Shown here: positions 14,367 to 27,256 of the stretch, piece by piece
Numbering within the stretch: the first letter of the stretch is position 1
How the letters are laid out: every line of letters starts with the position of its first letter
From: Octopus vulgaris
Lineage: Eukaryota
NCBI GenBank assembly: GCA_951406725.2
Contig: OX597822.1
Location: forward strand, 32,798,001-32,862,000
DNA length: 64,000 nucleotides
Reading direction: 5' to 3'
Position numbers and translations under genes: made by a program
The notes under the pieces: model-generated
Told to the model about the DNA's origin: nothing
Seen by the model: only the letters and a program-made list of their open reading frames with translations
Databases searched by the model: none

Positions 14367-15145
14367 TATATATATATGCAAAAAAGGCATACCGTGGGCT
14401 GAGTATTTCCGTCATCAAAGGCAAACTCTAAGTTTCGAAGTTTATGTGTGAAGTCAGCTTTTGCTAAAACCAGAGTAACTTTATAGAAAGCACTAAAGAC
14501 TATCTTAAAAGAATGATGTTCTGAAATCGATATTATTTAAGCTAAAAAGGTAGCCATAATAATACGAAAGCACTTGATGTATTCAGAAATGTTTGTAGAT
14601 TTCAAACAAAATTGACAGATTATATTTTCTAACTCTGAACGTTGATACACTTAAATCTGTTTAGCACACTGATTTGGATATACATATCGAAAGCACATGT
14701 AAAATAAAGAGAGGCATCGTTTCATTTTATCAATTACTTTACATAACATGTCTGACTTTTGACATTACAAACTATAAAAGAATGCATTTATACATGCATA
14801 CGCATATTCACATATTTGTTGTTCTGGAAAAAAACCCACCTTGCATTTTGGTTTTCATTTCCCAGTTACAAGAAACATATGTGAGCGTAAAGGCTGATAT
14901 TTTAATTGCTAGCTTAATGTGTTTATAATATGGCTTGTAATTTGTATTACGAAACCAGAATGTGAGAGTGTTAAATAGATTCAACTAGCTTTTATATGAA
15001 CACATGTATATCTATGCAAACACACACGCACACTCACGCACGTATACTCACTTACGCACACATACATACATACATACACGCAAGCACAAATATTCAGCCT
15101 TACAGATCATACATATATTTGTGTGTGTGTGTGTATGTGTGTGTG

Positions 15146-15541
15146 TAGGCGTAGGTGTAGCTGTGTTGCAAAAAGCTTGCTTCCCAATCGCATGGCTCCT
15201 GGTTCAGTCCCACTGCGTGGGAACCCAGGCAAGTGTCCTCTACTATAGCTTCGAGCCGACCAATGCCTTGTGAGTAGATTTGGTAGACAGAAACAGAAAG
15301 AATCCTGTCGTATATATGTATGTACTTGTTTGTGCGTCTGTGTTTGTCCTCCCACCATCGTTACACAATCGATGTTGGTATGTTTCCGTCCCTGTAACCA
15401 GACTTTTTGGCAAAAGAACCGATAGAATAAGTACTAAATAGGCTTGGAGAGAATAAATCCTGAGGTCGATTTGTTCGACTAAAGGCGGTGCTGCATCATG
15501 ACTGCATTCAAATGACAGAAACGAATAAAAGAATAAAAGAA
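15146..15541 (+). mobile_element. SINE family A
   Basis: Head, microsatellite and tail as at 1879. Confidence 0.85.
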
Positions 15542-16505
15542 TCACGTAATATTACATATCTGATGAAGTTTGTTTCAACAGCGAGGATGAAAATTACTTC
15601 TTAATGAGCTGCAGCCAAGGATAGGCAATATCTCACGCAGTTTTTCGCAGCTCTTACAGCTTCTATTAATACATATATGACAATTACTCTGCTACATGCA
15701 ATGTACATTTAAAGAGCTAGCGTTGTGTGCTCAATTGCCGTTGTTCGTAGAGAATGAAGAAAATATAATATACGTCCAATAAAGAAACAACGCAATATCT
15801 AAACAAATCAGAGATATAAAAAACACTTTCAATGGAAACAATTTATAGCAAAGAAATTGCAACCACGAAGAATGTAAACAAAGAGAAGCAAACCAACACT
15901 GAAAGATAGTCAGTCATATAGATCAACAACTTGCTGGCTCGAAACCTGGAGTCAACTTAAATACACATGCACGAGCACACTCGCACGAGTGCGCCACACA
16001 AGCATAAAAAAATTTGCTAACAAGAAGCCTGGACTAATGGAAAATTTGTCAGCTTAAATCCACACGCACATACATAGACATGCACATATACATGCACTCT
16101 GCAAATATACTTGCCGGTTCAGACTACAAACCATTTCGTCATTACAATCCAGCGTGATTTTATCAAATTCACCCAGCCACAGGATGTTGCTAAATATACT
16201 TTCAGGTATAGCGGCAACAGCTACCTATCTACCCCATTATCTTGTCAGAGTAAATACAGCAAATAACTGATGTCGCTTTCAGATTCATAACACCTCGTGA
16301 TCTGAGTTAACCAATAGAGACCTAAAATCTAGACGCCATCTCTGTATTGTTCTCTTGATTCCTGACAAGATAGCCTACGAAACATTAAGGCTGCATGGAG
16401 ATGAGTTTAACTCTTATTAAATAATATATGAAATTCAACAGAAATGAGATGACTATCACATTCTTTCGTTTATACACTCACTGGTGTGAGTGCGTGTGAG
16501 TGTGT

Positions 16506-16551
<46 letters not shown>

Positions 16552-16591
16552 TTATTTACATTTATGTTTGGACATCTCTCTATATATATAT

Positions 16592-16974
16592 GAGGAAAAA
16601 ACGACAAAAACCAAGGCAAGACGAGTTGACTATAAGTACTATTCAATCTTCAGTAGATCTCTGAAATTATCCTACTCCTCTCCGTCTAATATAGAATCTA
16701 AAGTTACTTCATCTAATAAGCGTAAACTTAATTCTTTCTACTTCAATATACATAATCATAACATGGGTCAATACAGCGAAAATACTAACACAAAATAATG
16801 ATAGCATATACCATAACCAGCATACGAACATCCGCGCATCCGAGCGAGGATGGAACACGGCTAAACCGACTGTTAATACTAATATCACTACTACTATTAC
16901 TACTACGACTACTACAATACTACTACTACTACTACCACCACCACCACCACCACTACTACTACTAACACTACTAT

Positions 16975-17028
<54 letters not shown>

Positions 17029-18101
17029 CACTACTACTACTACTACTACTACTGCTAGTAATAATAATAATAATAACAATAATAATAATGATAATATGTC
17101 CGCACGTGAACCTGCCTGAAAGAATCACTCCAAATATTAATTCATAATTCAGCGCAACTACTCAATAAACAATACGAAGCATTTTCTACATGTAAGCATA
17201 AATTCCATTGCACCTTTAGATTGTTTCATAAGTCAAAATGCAAGCAAAATCAACACACATAACACTTGCCTATATGGATTCACGGTCGTTATAATATACG
17301 TGCGTTGTTCGTTTCCTTTTCTTCTCTATCAACTTAGAAGCTAACTTGCTTTAATTCTTTATTTTATTTCTATTTTTAAATTTAATTCAACTTTTAACTT
17401 TTAAATGTTAATTCTTTAATTTGTATCCTTTTATCCATTTAATTCTAGTTTTATCCTATGTATACCCTCTTAAGCTAGGCATCTATATTTATCTATCCCT
17501 ACTAACCATCGGCCACGTCTCATCAGGATTTCATCTATTTAGCGATTAGTTATCAATACCTTCCTCCGAAACATTACCGAAATCTTAACACCTGATCTTT
17601 CACCCCGAACTGACACTTACAAAGAATAATACTGGCAACTGATCTCTATATTCTTTTTCTTTTTATTCCTTTTATTTATTTTGATTTTACTTTACTTTCG
17701 CTTTCATTCACTCTTTCCCGCACCTATCCTATTCTTGTCTTTTCTCTCTTTCTCATCTCTGATATACGCACACTCACAACCCGCCTCTGTCTATCTTTAT
17801 ATCTTTCTTTGTATATACGCACATGGACCATTTACACTTAATCCATTACTTCAACATAAACTTTATTCTCTTGTCTCTATTCTTATATCTATATTCTTTC
17901 TTCTTCCTTATAAACATCGAATTTCCCTCCCTTGACATACTAACCTTGACTCTGAAGACGGAATACCAAGAGCACGGACATGCTCACCTATCACTTGGGA
18001 TATCTCTGAAACGTCTGTAAGGCATCATATTCACTATACCATTATTATTATAAATGACTTCAGATACTCGACCTGCCTCGGTTTTCGTTGTCCTCTTCCT
18101 C
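16592..18101 (+). mobile_element. Penelope-like element relic 1 with (TAC)n expansion, inverted end copy and degenerate HHR
   Basis: 16628-16730 encodes DYKYYSIFSRSLKLSYSSPSNIESKVTSSNKRKL (PLE post-RT linker, homologous to 19560-19640); 16592-16626 is an inverted copy of 18065-18101. Confidence 0.7.
17948..18023 (+). ncRNA. Degenerate type I hammerhead ribozyme motif
   Basis: GACT-CTGAAGA-long stem II (CCAAG/CTTGG)-GAAA-CGTCTG-TA-AGGC; stems I and III mismatched. Confidence 0.5.
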
Positions 18102-18218
18102 TAATATATATCTGCATTCATGTAAGCCTTTACCTGTGAACTTGGCACCTAACAGATAATCAATTACAGCACTTATTCAATGTACCTATCCGTTTAGATT
18201 ACCAGTGAACTAAACCTG

Positions 18219-18299
<81 letters not shown>

Positions 18300-18515
18300 A
18301 AGCTTGCTTCCCAACCACATAGTTCAGGGCTCAGTTCCCCAGTGCGGCACTTTGGGCATCTTCTACTATAGCCTAGGGTCGACCAACACCTTGTGAGTGG
18401 ATTTGATATAAGAAGACTGAAAGCTCGTCGTGTGTATATATATATATATATATAATTTTTTCGTAATGAGAGAAAAGAACCAAGGCTGTGTAGATGTTAG
18501 AATATTTGTAGATTG

Positions 18516-18563
18516 GTCTTACAGCTGTTACCAAGATATTTATTATATCCCTTCATCGGAGAC
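18516..18563 (-). ncRNA. Degenerate type I hammerhead ribozyme motif
   Basis: GTCT-CCGATGA-AGGGATAT/ATATCTTG-GTAA (GAAA mutated)-CAGCTG-TA-AGAC; palindromic stem III ACAGCTGT. Confidence 0.6.
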
Positions 18564-18880
18564 GGTGTGAGAAGATGGTTAGGTAATAGTTAATTTAGAT
18601 AAGATACGAAACAGAGAGTAAGGTGGAGGAAAGAAAATAGATGTGAGATATGTAGAGATATTATATTTGTAGATCCATTTTTAGGCAGAATGCTATACAT
18701 ATAAGTTTCCAATACCTTATAAATAAAATCCAATAGTATTTAAAATTGGTCATCCAAAGTGTAGAGTTTATACACAGTGTTCTAGAATCAAGGGTTATAT
18801 TTAAAGTGACCTAAAAATAGGGAGTGTATTAGTAGGGTCAAATTGAAAACAGGAAAAGATGAATGAAGAAAGAGGAAAAG

Positions 18881-19054
18881 ATGAGAAAAAGAATGGAGGT
18901 GAGTGTCATATCGTTGCTTAAATTGTTTGGTTGATCCTATGTACATGGCTGTAGCGTTGTGTAATAGATTAAGGACCGTGCATTTATAAATTACATTATA
19001 TCTTCTCCAATGGGTTTGTAAAGGACAGATGATTTTAGGACGGCAATTACAATT
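18881..19054 (-). pseudogene. GIY-YIG endonuclease fragment of a Penelope-like element
   Basis: Manual translation NCNCRPKIICPLQTHWRRYNVIYKCTVLNLLHNATAMYIGSTKQFKQRYDTHLHSFSH (not in the ORF track). Confidence 0.85.
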
Positions 19055-19138
19055 AGGTGAATTTTGGGGTCTGCGTTCAGTAATAGAGGAGGTAATATCG
19101 TCAGAGGAAAGGTTATAGAAGGGGTGGAAATTTCTATA

Positions 19139-19139
<1 letters not shown>

Positions 19140-19217
<78 letters not shown>

Positions 19218-19252
19218 CATCATTACTATTATTATTATTATCATTATTGTTA

Positions 19253-19294
<42 letters not shown>

Positions 19295-19320
19295 TTATTA
19301 TCATTATTATTATTATTAAC
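19140..19320. repeat. (ATT)n microsatellite inside the PLE relic
   Basis: Directly visible. Confidence 0.95.
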
Positions 19321-20501
19321 GTTATCATTACTGTCATTGCTAGTATTAATATTGTTGTTATTAATTACTATTTGTAAGGGCGGTAGAGATTGTGGTGGTG
19401 TTCCAGGCAGTGTCAGTATCATGGGTTAGGTTGTGGTTGTGGTCAAATTCAGGGGTATCTGTACTGTAGCTGTGTGAGTGTGTGTCGAGTGTTCGTATTA
19501 TTAAAGTGGTAGTTACGTGAGTTTTCATATTAAAGAGAGAACGTTTGCTTATTAGAGGGTGCTACAATAGATTCGAAGTTGGGTGAGGTAGAATAAGATA
19601 ACTTTAGGGTGGGTCGATTAAAGATAGAATGATATTTATGTTGTCGAGGGAAGTTAGAATCTAGTATTCTAAAGAAGGATTTAACTAAGTTCTTAACGTT
19701 AAGTGAGAATGGTGGTGTGTACCATAGAACAGAGCGTCCGCCACATTTGTTGTGTAAGTTATTAGATAAAGGAGTGCTATCTATATTTTGGTGGAAGGTA
19801 CGTGGGAGGCGAGGCTTGTTACTGTTAGCTGTTTTAGTTGTTTTCGTTTTTGACCTAGTGTTAAATGAATGTGTGTGTATGTGTGTGGCAAGGTTGCCTA
19901 TGTTAAAGACCTTCCATGTATGTATACATGTATGTATATACATACATACATATATATATATACATATATATATATAATGCATATGTATGTATATGCATTT
20001 AGATACATACATGTATACATACACAATGAGTAATAGACTACGTAAAAGGTGTAAGAATATATGGGGTGTTTTAAATGGTTTCCTGTCTGCCAAGTTTTTT
20101 CAAAACTAACCAAGCATGCAAGGACAGCACGACCTCAGTAGTACATAAAGAAACCAATGTAAACATCAAAGAAAGCCGAACGTTATTTAGTAAGGCAGGT
20201 AAAAAAAGTAGCGCCAACTGTTGTATAATATATTTGTATAACAAATTAGTTACATAAATAAAAAAATAAGTTCTGAACAACATAAGTAATTATAGTTTTA
20301 ATATTTGGCATGGAAGTATGATAAGGCAAAAAGTCTATAAAGCAGGTGGGTTAAAACAAATGGTAGAAATACGTAAATATCTAATACATGTCGGGCATTG
20401 GCTATATCCAACTCTTGTTTCCTTCGATCCCACGTCCATTCGTTTCACTTTGGGTTATTGTTGTCTAACCCTGAATGATAATATTATATTATTATATATA
20501 A

Positions 20502-20532
<31 letters not shown>

Positions 20533-20580
20533 TGCATCTGCTGTGCGGCTTTTTGACGAACTCTTATCCATTATATACAT

Positions 20581-20982
20581 ATAGGCGCATGAGTGGTAGT
20601 ATGGTAAGAAGTCTGTGTTCCCATTACATGATTCCGCGTTCAACCCTACTTCATGGTACCTTGCGCAAGTGTCTCCTAGTATACAGCGTTGGACCAAACA
20701 AAGCTTTATGAATGGATGAATCTGATAGGCGGAAACTTAAAAAACTCGTTGTACATGTGTTATTGTGTGTGTGAGTGTATGTGTGCGTGTGTGCATGTGC
20801 GCGCGTATGTGTGTGTGCGCGCACGCGCTCGTAAACGTGTGTATCCATAACGTAGCGATTCGACAAAAGTGAGTGATACAATAAGTGCCAGGTTTTAAAA
20901 AAGAAGTGCTGAGTGTGAAGCATTCACATGATGATTCTTCATGACGGTGCATCAGCATGGATGCAGTCCAATATTGAAAAAA
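20581..20982 (+). mobile_element. SINE family A, diverged
   Basis: Head TAGGCGCATGAGTGG..GGTAAGAAG and tail remnants. Confidence 0.65.
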
Positions 20983-21216
20983 AGAGTCAATTACCCTTCG
21001 TCTAATGAGGGAATTCTAAACAAAAATATGTATTACTATAATAAAGCACAAGGTATAAACATAAAATGAAATATAATGGACTTAGTGTAATTAATACATG
21101 TAATGATTTATATCATAGAACATACAGTAATAGAACTAAGTACAATAAAGGGATTAAAATTAGAATTAAAAATATAAATGATGTAGCTAAAAGGAAATAT
21201 GATATAAATAAACACA

Positions 21217-21323
21217 GAGAAGAAGAAGAAGAAGAAGAAGAAGAAGAAGAAGAAGAAGAAGAAGAAGAAGAAGAAGAAGAAGAAGAAGAAGAAGAAGAAG
21301 AAGAAGAAGAAGAAGAAGAAGAA
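21217..21323. repeat. (GAA)n, about 35 units
   Basis: Directly visible; source of the poly-E and poly-S ORFs. Confidence 0.95.
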
Positions 21324-21469
21324 AAATGGAGTCCAACTGAAAAATTATTGAATGGAGGACATGCTAAATCGGCCATGACAAATGATGATTTTAGTTGAAA
21401 TGGGGGAGGGTAAACCAACAACCAGATCTCCCTGGTTATAATCAATATTAAGCTGATGAAAATAAATTT

Positions 21470-21703
21470 TGTAATTGTAAGGATAAGGCCCAACTGTAAA
21501 TTTAGTAAGTTCTGTAAACACAATAACCTGGTATATCAGGCTATTATTGAATTTGAAGGTAATAATTATCTTTATATTGGACTACTGAATGCTTTATAAA
21601 GAAAGTAATAGCTAACCACGAAAGTAGTTTTAGGAACCGTCTAGAATAAAGGACAGCAGTAAGAGTTAGATAGAAAATTATGAGTCACGCTAAACCATAC
21701 AGT
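21470..21703 (+). pseudogene. GIY-YIG endonuclease fragment, Penelope-like relic 3 (frameshifted)
   Basis: CNC/RIRPNCKFSKFCKHNNLVYQAIIEFEGNNYLYIG../IANHESSFR../KIMSHAKPYS. Confidence 0.75.
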
Positions 21704-22208
21704 ATCATCTTCCAGACATTAACTACTTATTTCCAGAAATGAAATATTTCATCTTGTGTACACGCTTCTAACTGTCTTTTCTGTAAATATTGCTAGACCA
21801 TATCTTAAATACATACTTATAGTTTAATATGAAGTGGTAAAGTACAAACATATAATATATAATTTTTGTATAAATTTAATTGTAATAATTACTATGATCA
21901 ATTTATTAATATAATAGCTATATAAACGAAAATATTGTTATTTCAATAATACACAATCTGATGACTGACGTAATACACAAAATCAATACTGCCACGTAAC
22001 ACGCGATTTTTCCTTCTCTGCATCATGAATTTATTAACAATAATATAACTCTTATTTTCAATAATCTTGATTAACTTTAATTAGTATTATAAAGATAGTA
22101 AAATTAATTATTATTATTCATTATTATTTTTGTTTTATATAAAAAATATTTTTATAACTCATGCACATACATGCATATACATACACCCATACATCCATAT
22201 GGTTAGGG

Positions 22209-22391
22209 CAGATTTTGTTGAATTTTCTGCTGCTTTAAATAAAGTATATATATATATATATATACTTTATTTAAAGCAGCAGAAAATTCAACAAAATCTG
22301 TTACTCTGAGTTTTAAATAAAGCATATTACTCTACCACTGGTATTTGAGTACTCTTTTTTCCACCTTGTTTCCCATTTATGTGTTTACTCC

Positions 22392-22393
<2 letters not shown>
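22209..22393. mobile_element. Short PLE-type insertion: 92-bp perfect palindrome plus 3' half of an HHR
   Basis: 36-bp arms around (TA)n at 22209-22300; minus strand AAA-CTC-A-GAG-TA-ACAG at 22297-22313. Confidence 0.6.
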
Positions 22394-22447
<54 letters not shown>

Positions 22448-22846
22448 CATACACATACGCTACGCGTTTAGAGTTTTATATATACAGATATATAATTAAT
22501 ACATAGTCTTAACGGCTATCCTCTTCAAATTAAACTACAAACACACACATACATAAACAAATCAATCTGTTTAGATAAGATTTTATAATTATAGATATAT
22601 AGGTAATAATATACATTGAATATGTCAACCAATATAAATTTACATAGATAACGGTTTTATTTTTATTTTCATTTATATTATATATTTAATATCATTTGTC
22701 TTTGTATGTTTTACCCTTATGCTATTTATTAAAATATTTTTTTAAAGATTATTAGCATACTCCTACGCACAATAAATATATATATTTTAAGTTTATTTGT
22801 ATATTGATAAAATACACTCCATCAATATGTAACTCTATTATACTTT

Positions 22847-22971
22847 GGCTCTGATGAGATTCTACTGAATATTATTCAAAGTGCTGTTTTATTTTTATTA
22901 TTTTATTTTAGATTTTTTCTAATCTTTGAATTTGCAATTGTATATTGGACTGAATTGAAATGCATGTAGAC
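22847..22971 (+). ncRNA. Possible degenerate hammerhead with ~90-nt loop II
   Basis: CTGATGA-GATTC...GAATT-GAAA-TGCATG-TA; stem I poor; lies downstream of GIY-YIG relic 3 and ~190 bp before a (TA)n tract. Confidence 0.35.
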
Positions 22972-23153
22972 TTTATGTGGCAGTATGGTGATTAATTTTA
23001 TATCCTTAGCAACTCACCATTCTTCTTCTTTAATCATATTTATACTTATAATAATCACATATATTATATATATCGATTAGATATTTCTCAACGGTGTCGT
23101 TGATTAAACCAGAGAAAATTCAAACAATCCTTTATGAGGGTCGCAGATATCAT

Positions 23154-23208
<55 letters not shown>

Positions 23209-23659
23209 CATGTGAAGATATATTACCCTTATATATATATATGTGTGTGTGTTTGTGTGTATGTATGTATCTGTGTCACTATATTTGTCCGCCTATAACC
23301 GCCTGATCACTGGTATTGGCGTATTTAGGAGCTCGTAACCTAACTGTTCAGCTAGAGACACCGATAGAATAAGTACTAAGCTTAAAAATTAGTCCTGGCG
23401 TCGATTTGTTTAACTAGGATCATTCAAGGCGGTACTGCAACATGACCTCCGTCAAAGGAGTGGAAGAAATAAAATAATAAAAAGAAACGAATAAACTCAA
23501 AAAGTGATTTAATATCACTTCCATGGATGAATTTCGCACGTCTTGTATCATCACTTATACTTTAAAAGTAAAATATTAACTTTTGCAGTGTCCATTTTAT
23601 TTACCATTAACCATGTTCAATGCTTTTTATTCGTACCTTACACAAACCTAATATTTGTA

Positions 23660-24198
23660 CAATGGAAGTCTGTCGGGGATCGACAATGACGTCAGTGACG
23701 CCGGAGGTGGGAGCGTGACCCAAAGGCAGACGCGCAGACGGACTTGTCGCTTCTGGTCCAGGATCTTGAGGCGCTTTTCCTTGAACAGCCTAACTCCCTT
23801 TTGGACAGCTGGACGCCAGGCGTCGCAGTCAGAGGCAAGCGATTCCCAGTTTCGGGCGGAAATGCCGCAGGCCTCAAGTGAAGTTTTCAGGCTGTCCTTG
23901 TATCGCCTCAGTGGTCTTCCAGTGTTTCTTGCTCCAGAAGCCAGCTCAGAGAAGAAGATCACCTTTTGTAGACGCGCGTCGTCCATTCGGACTACTGCTT
24001 GTCCGACCCACCGGAGCTGGGCCTTCATGATGAGGGCTTCGATTTCGGACATTTCGGCTCTGCGAAGCACCTCCGTATTGGAGACTCTGTCCTCCCAGGA
24101 AATTCCCATGATTCGTCACAAGCAGCGGAGGGGGAACTAGTCAAGTACTCGCATTTGCCTCCTATACAGCGACCACATCCCACTGCCGTAGAGCAGAT
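23660..24198 (-). pseudogene. RTE-clade LINE reverse transcriptase C-terminal fragment
   Basis: LLYGSGMWSLY..ISWEDRVSNTEVLRRA..QLRWVG..RMDDARLQKVIFFSEL..GRPLRRYKDSLK..NWESLASDCDAWR; stops upstream, 5'-truncated. Confidence 0.9.
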
Positions 24199-24930
24199 AT
24201 GTGTATGATAAACAATAACTTACAAAGGTTACATATGCGTTGCATACCTTGTAAGCAAAAACTGACATCGTACTGATGTCTTTATGCGTAAAAAAATGAT
24301 GAACATTCAGAGTATATTCTCTTTATCCATAATATGCAAAATCCAATGGCTGTAGCTTTGCTGGTGCACTGCCATTTATAAAACGGTGACACATCGAAGT
24401 GATTGTATGAAATGTAAGCAGCTATTATGCTTAGATTTGGGACCAATTCCCAAGTAATTTTATTCTATGCATGCAAATATAAAAATATTTCGAAATCAGC
24501 GATATGTGAACCCGTTGCACCTGTACAGGTAATGCCGATCTGATTGGGGGGGGGGGAGTGAGCTTATGTCTACACAAATATTTGGACACTATAAATAAGT
24601 CATCTGTGTGGTTTTTCGGTAAGAAATTGTCGAACCCTCATATGTCGTTTAACGACGGGAGAGTCCCTCATACACACACACACACACACATACACACACA
24701 TATATATACATACATATGTATGTGTGTATGTATATTTCTATACTCACACACACACATATATAACAGAGGGACAGACAGACAGATAGATAGTTTTTTTTAT
24801 ATGCATATATGATAGAAAACAACCCACCATACTAGTATTGTTTGTTATAAATCGGAGAGAAATATATTTATATACTATATAAAATATATTTAAACAAATA
24901 TAATACAGTGATGCATGCATGTACATATTC

Positions 24931-25002
<72 letters not shown>

Positions 25003-25309
25003 TAGTGTATATGTATATAATATTACTGCATATAAATATATTTCTGCAAGGTAAAATAAATAATACAATGCACACTGCATCAACATGAACAAAATTAAAA
25101 AAAAATTATTTGCTGTACAAATAAGTACATAACATCTTGAGTCATATGTTAACGAAATGAAAATACAAGATTATATTTACCCTGAATGGTTTAGGAAAAC
25201 AGACTACGTCTGTGTTCATCTAGTGTTTCGTAAAAGATTATTCTCTGGCGCTACATAAGTATCATAATATTCAACACAATTGATGTGGACATTACAATTC
25301 CAGCATCTA

Positions 25310-25498
25310 CTTACATACATATATACATACATACACACACATATACATATATGTTGATACGTATATGCTTATGTATATAAGTATACGCTTATGTATATAA
25401 GTATATGAATAAGTATATGTATACATATATACATACATACACACATACACATATACCTATATGTTGATACGTATATGCTTATGTATATAAGTATATGA
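25310..25498. repeat. Local tandem duplication of a low-complexity unit (~130 bp period)
   Basis: ATGTTGATACGTATATGCTTATGTATATAAGTATA at 25351 and 25461. Confidence 0.7.
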
Positions 25499-26066
25499 AG
25501 TGAAAGAGAGGCAGGCAGAATTCATCGAAAGAGCAAACAGTAAGTTGACTTGATGGCTTTCCAAATTTCTAATACACATATAAAATACTGCCACACTGTT
25601 TGCATACCACACAATGATATATACATAATTCGAGATTAAGCACCGATGTCTTTAGCAATAAATCAATACCTTTTTCAGACTCAACACTATTTCATCAACG
25701 AAAGAAATATAACTAAGATAAAAATATACATCTATTGACAGATAAGCAAATATTATCTGTTAATATAACCATATAACCACGATATTCTTCATGAAGAATT
25801 GTTGAAATGCAACATCTGCTAGTAACATCAATGTCGCGGTTTTCGTCCTTCTTAAGAAGAGAAACTTTTGTGCTCTCGAAAGAAGTTGAAAATAGTCAAA
25901 GAACAAAGATTTGCTGACCTTGTACTCTGAATTATATACACATACGCTCGCACAAATACACACGCGCACACAAGCAAGCACACACATACACACAAATATA
26001 TGTATGTATATAATATTTAAGTTTTGGTAAAGTCAGTCTCTTGCTAATCTGAGATTTACCTCTGGG

Positions 26067-26174
26067 TTTACCGATGAGCGCGTGGCCTTTTGGAAGATTG
26101 ACTTGATTGGGTTTAACTTAATTTAATCAGGCCGGTTTGCCCTTAAAAAACGCCGAAGCAATGCATTGTCTAAA
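26067..26174 (+). ncRNA. Type I hammerhead ribozyme copy 1 (GAAG variant)
   Basis: TTTA-CCGATGA-G(C)GCGT..ACGCC-GAAG-CAATGCATTG-TC/TAAA. Confidence 0.6.
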
Positions 26175-26551
26175 GATGAATAGGGTAAATGTTTTTTTTA
26201 TTTTTCCTTAAATTTCGGAATTACTACTAATTGCGGTTGGAGCCCTGGCTGCTCTTTCTAGTGGGTCGAACGGCCTATTGTGGCCGTCCCTCAATTGTTG
26301 TTGAATTTATTTATAGTCTCTGACTATTTCCTCTTTCTCACTAGACCGCTGGTGGCAAAATAATTTCTATTGAATTTTTTGCTACCCTAAATTGATTAAT
26401 TGATGATTTTCTGATTAATTCCGAAATTGAATCGGCAGTTTATATTTGCTGCCGATAAGTTGGCGCGAGTACGATGACTTTGAAAATTTTAGATCAGATA
26501 TTACCTAGGCATAGATATTGCTGCCTCGTGTAATTTCTGCCCCTTCTGGCT

Positions 26552-26663
26552 TCTTTACCGATGAGCGCGTGGCCTTTTGGAAGATTGACTTGATTGGGTT
26601 TAATTTAATTTAATCAGGCCGGTTTGCCATTTAAAAACGCCGAAACAATGCATTGTCTAAAGA
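26552..26663 (+). ncRNA. Type I hammerhead ribozyme copy 2
   Basis: Stem I TCTTTA/TAAAGA, CCGATGA, extended stem II, GAAA, palindromic stem III ACAATGCATTGT, GUC cleavage after 26657. Confidence 0.75.
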
Positions 26664-26787
26664 TGAATAGGGTAAATGTTTTTTTTATTTTTCTTAAATT
26701 TCGTAATTACTACTATTTGCGGTTGGAGCCCTGGCTGCTCTTTCTAGTGGGTCGAACGGCCTATTGTGGCCGTTCCTCAATTGTTGT

Positions 26788-26856
<69 letters not shown>

Positions 26857-26857
<1 letters not shown>

Positions 26858-27220
26858 CCTTGCTTACGGCCCACATGGTTCCAGGTTCAGTTCCACTGCG
26901 TTGCACCTTGGGCAAGTGTCTTCTACTATAGCCTCGGGCCCACCAAATCTTTGTGAGTGGATTTGGTAGACGGAAACTGAAAGAAGCCCGCCGTATATAT
27001 GTGTATATGTTTCTGTGTATGTGTTTGTACTCCCAATATCGCTTGACAACCGATGCCGGTGTATTTACGTTTCCGCAACTTAACGGTTCGGCAAAAGAGA
27101 CCGATAGAATAAGTACTAGGCATACAAAGAATAAGTCCCGGGGGCCGATTTTCTCGACTAAAGGCGGTGCTCCAGCATGGCCACAGTCAAATGGCTGAAA
27201 CAATTAAAAGAGTAAAGAGA

Positions 27221-27221
<1 letters not shown>
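26857..27221 (+). mobile_element. SINE family A, 5'-truncated
   Basis: Close match to the other family A copies. Confidence 0.85.

Positions 27222-27256
<35 letters not shown>

Larger units (their letters stand above)
18465..19860 (-). mobile_element. Penelope-like element relic 2 (RT-thumb linker, (AAT)n, Cys knuckle, GIY-YIG, HHR)
   Basis: VLWYTPPFSLNVKNLVKSFFRILDSNFPRQHKYHSIFNRPTLKLSYS at ~19580-19725 plus GIY-YIG at 18881-19054. Confidence 0.85.
26067..26789 (+). mobile_element. Retrozyme-like non-coding element: two ~236-bp direct repeats, 487-bp period, each starting with an HHR
   Basis: 26067-26303 and 26554-26789 are nearly identical; ends in (TA)n. Confidence 0.8.

Noticed and set aside
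20066-20110. Minus-strand TTGAAAA..GAAACCATTTA HHR-like string
   Set aside because: Stems II and III do not pair convincingly
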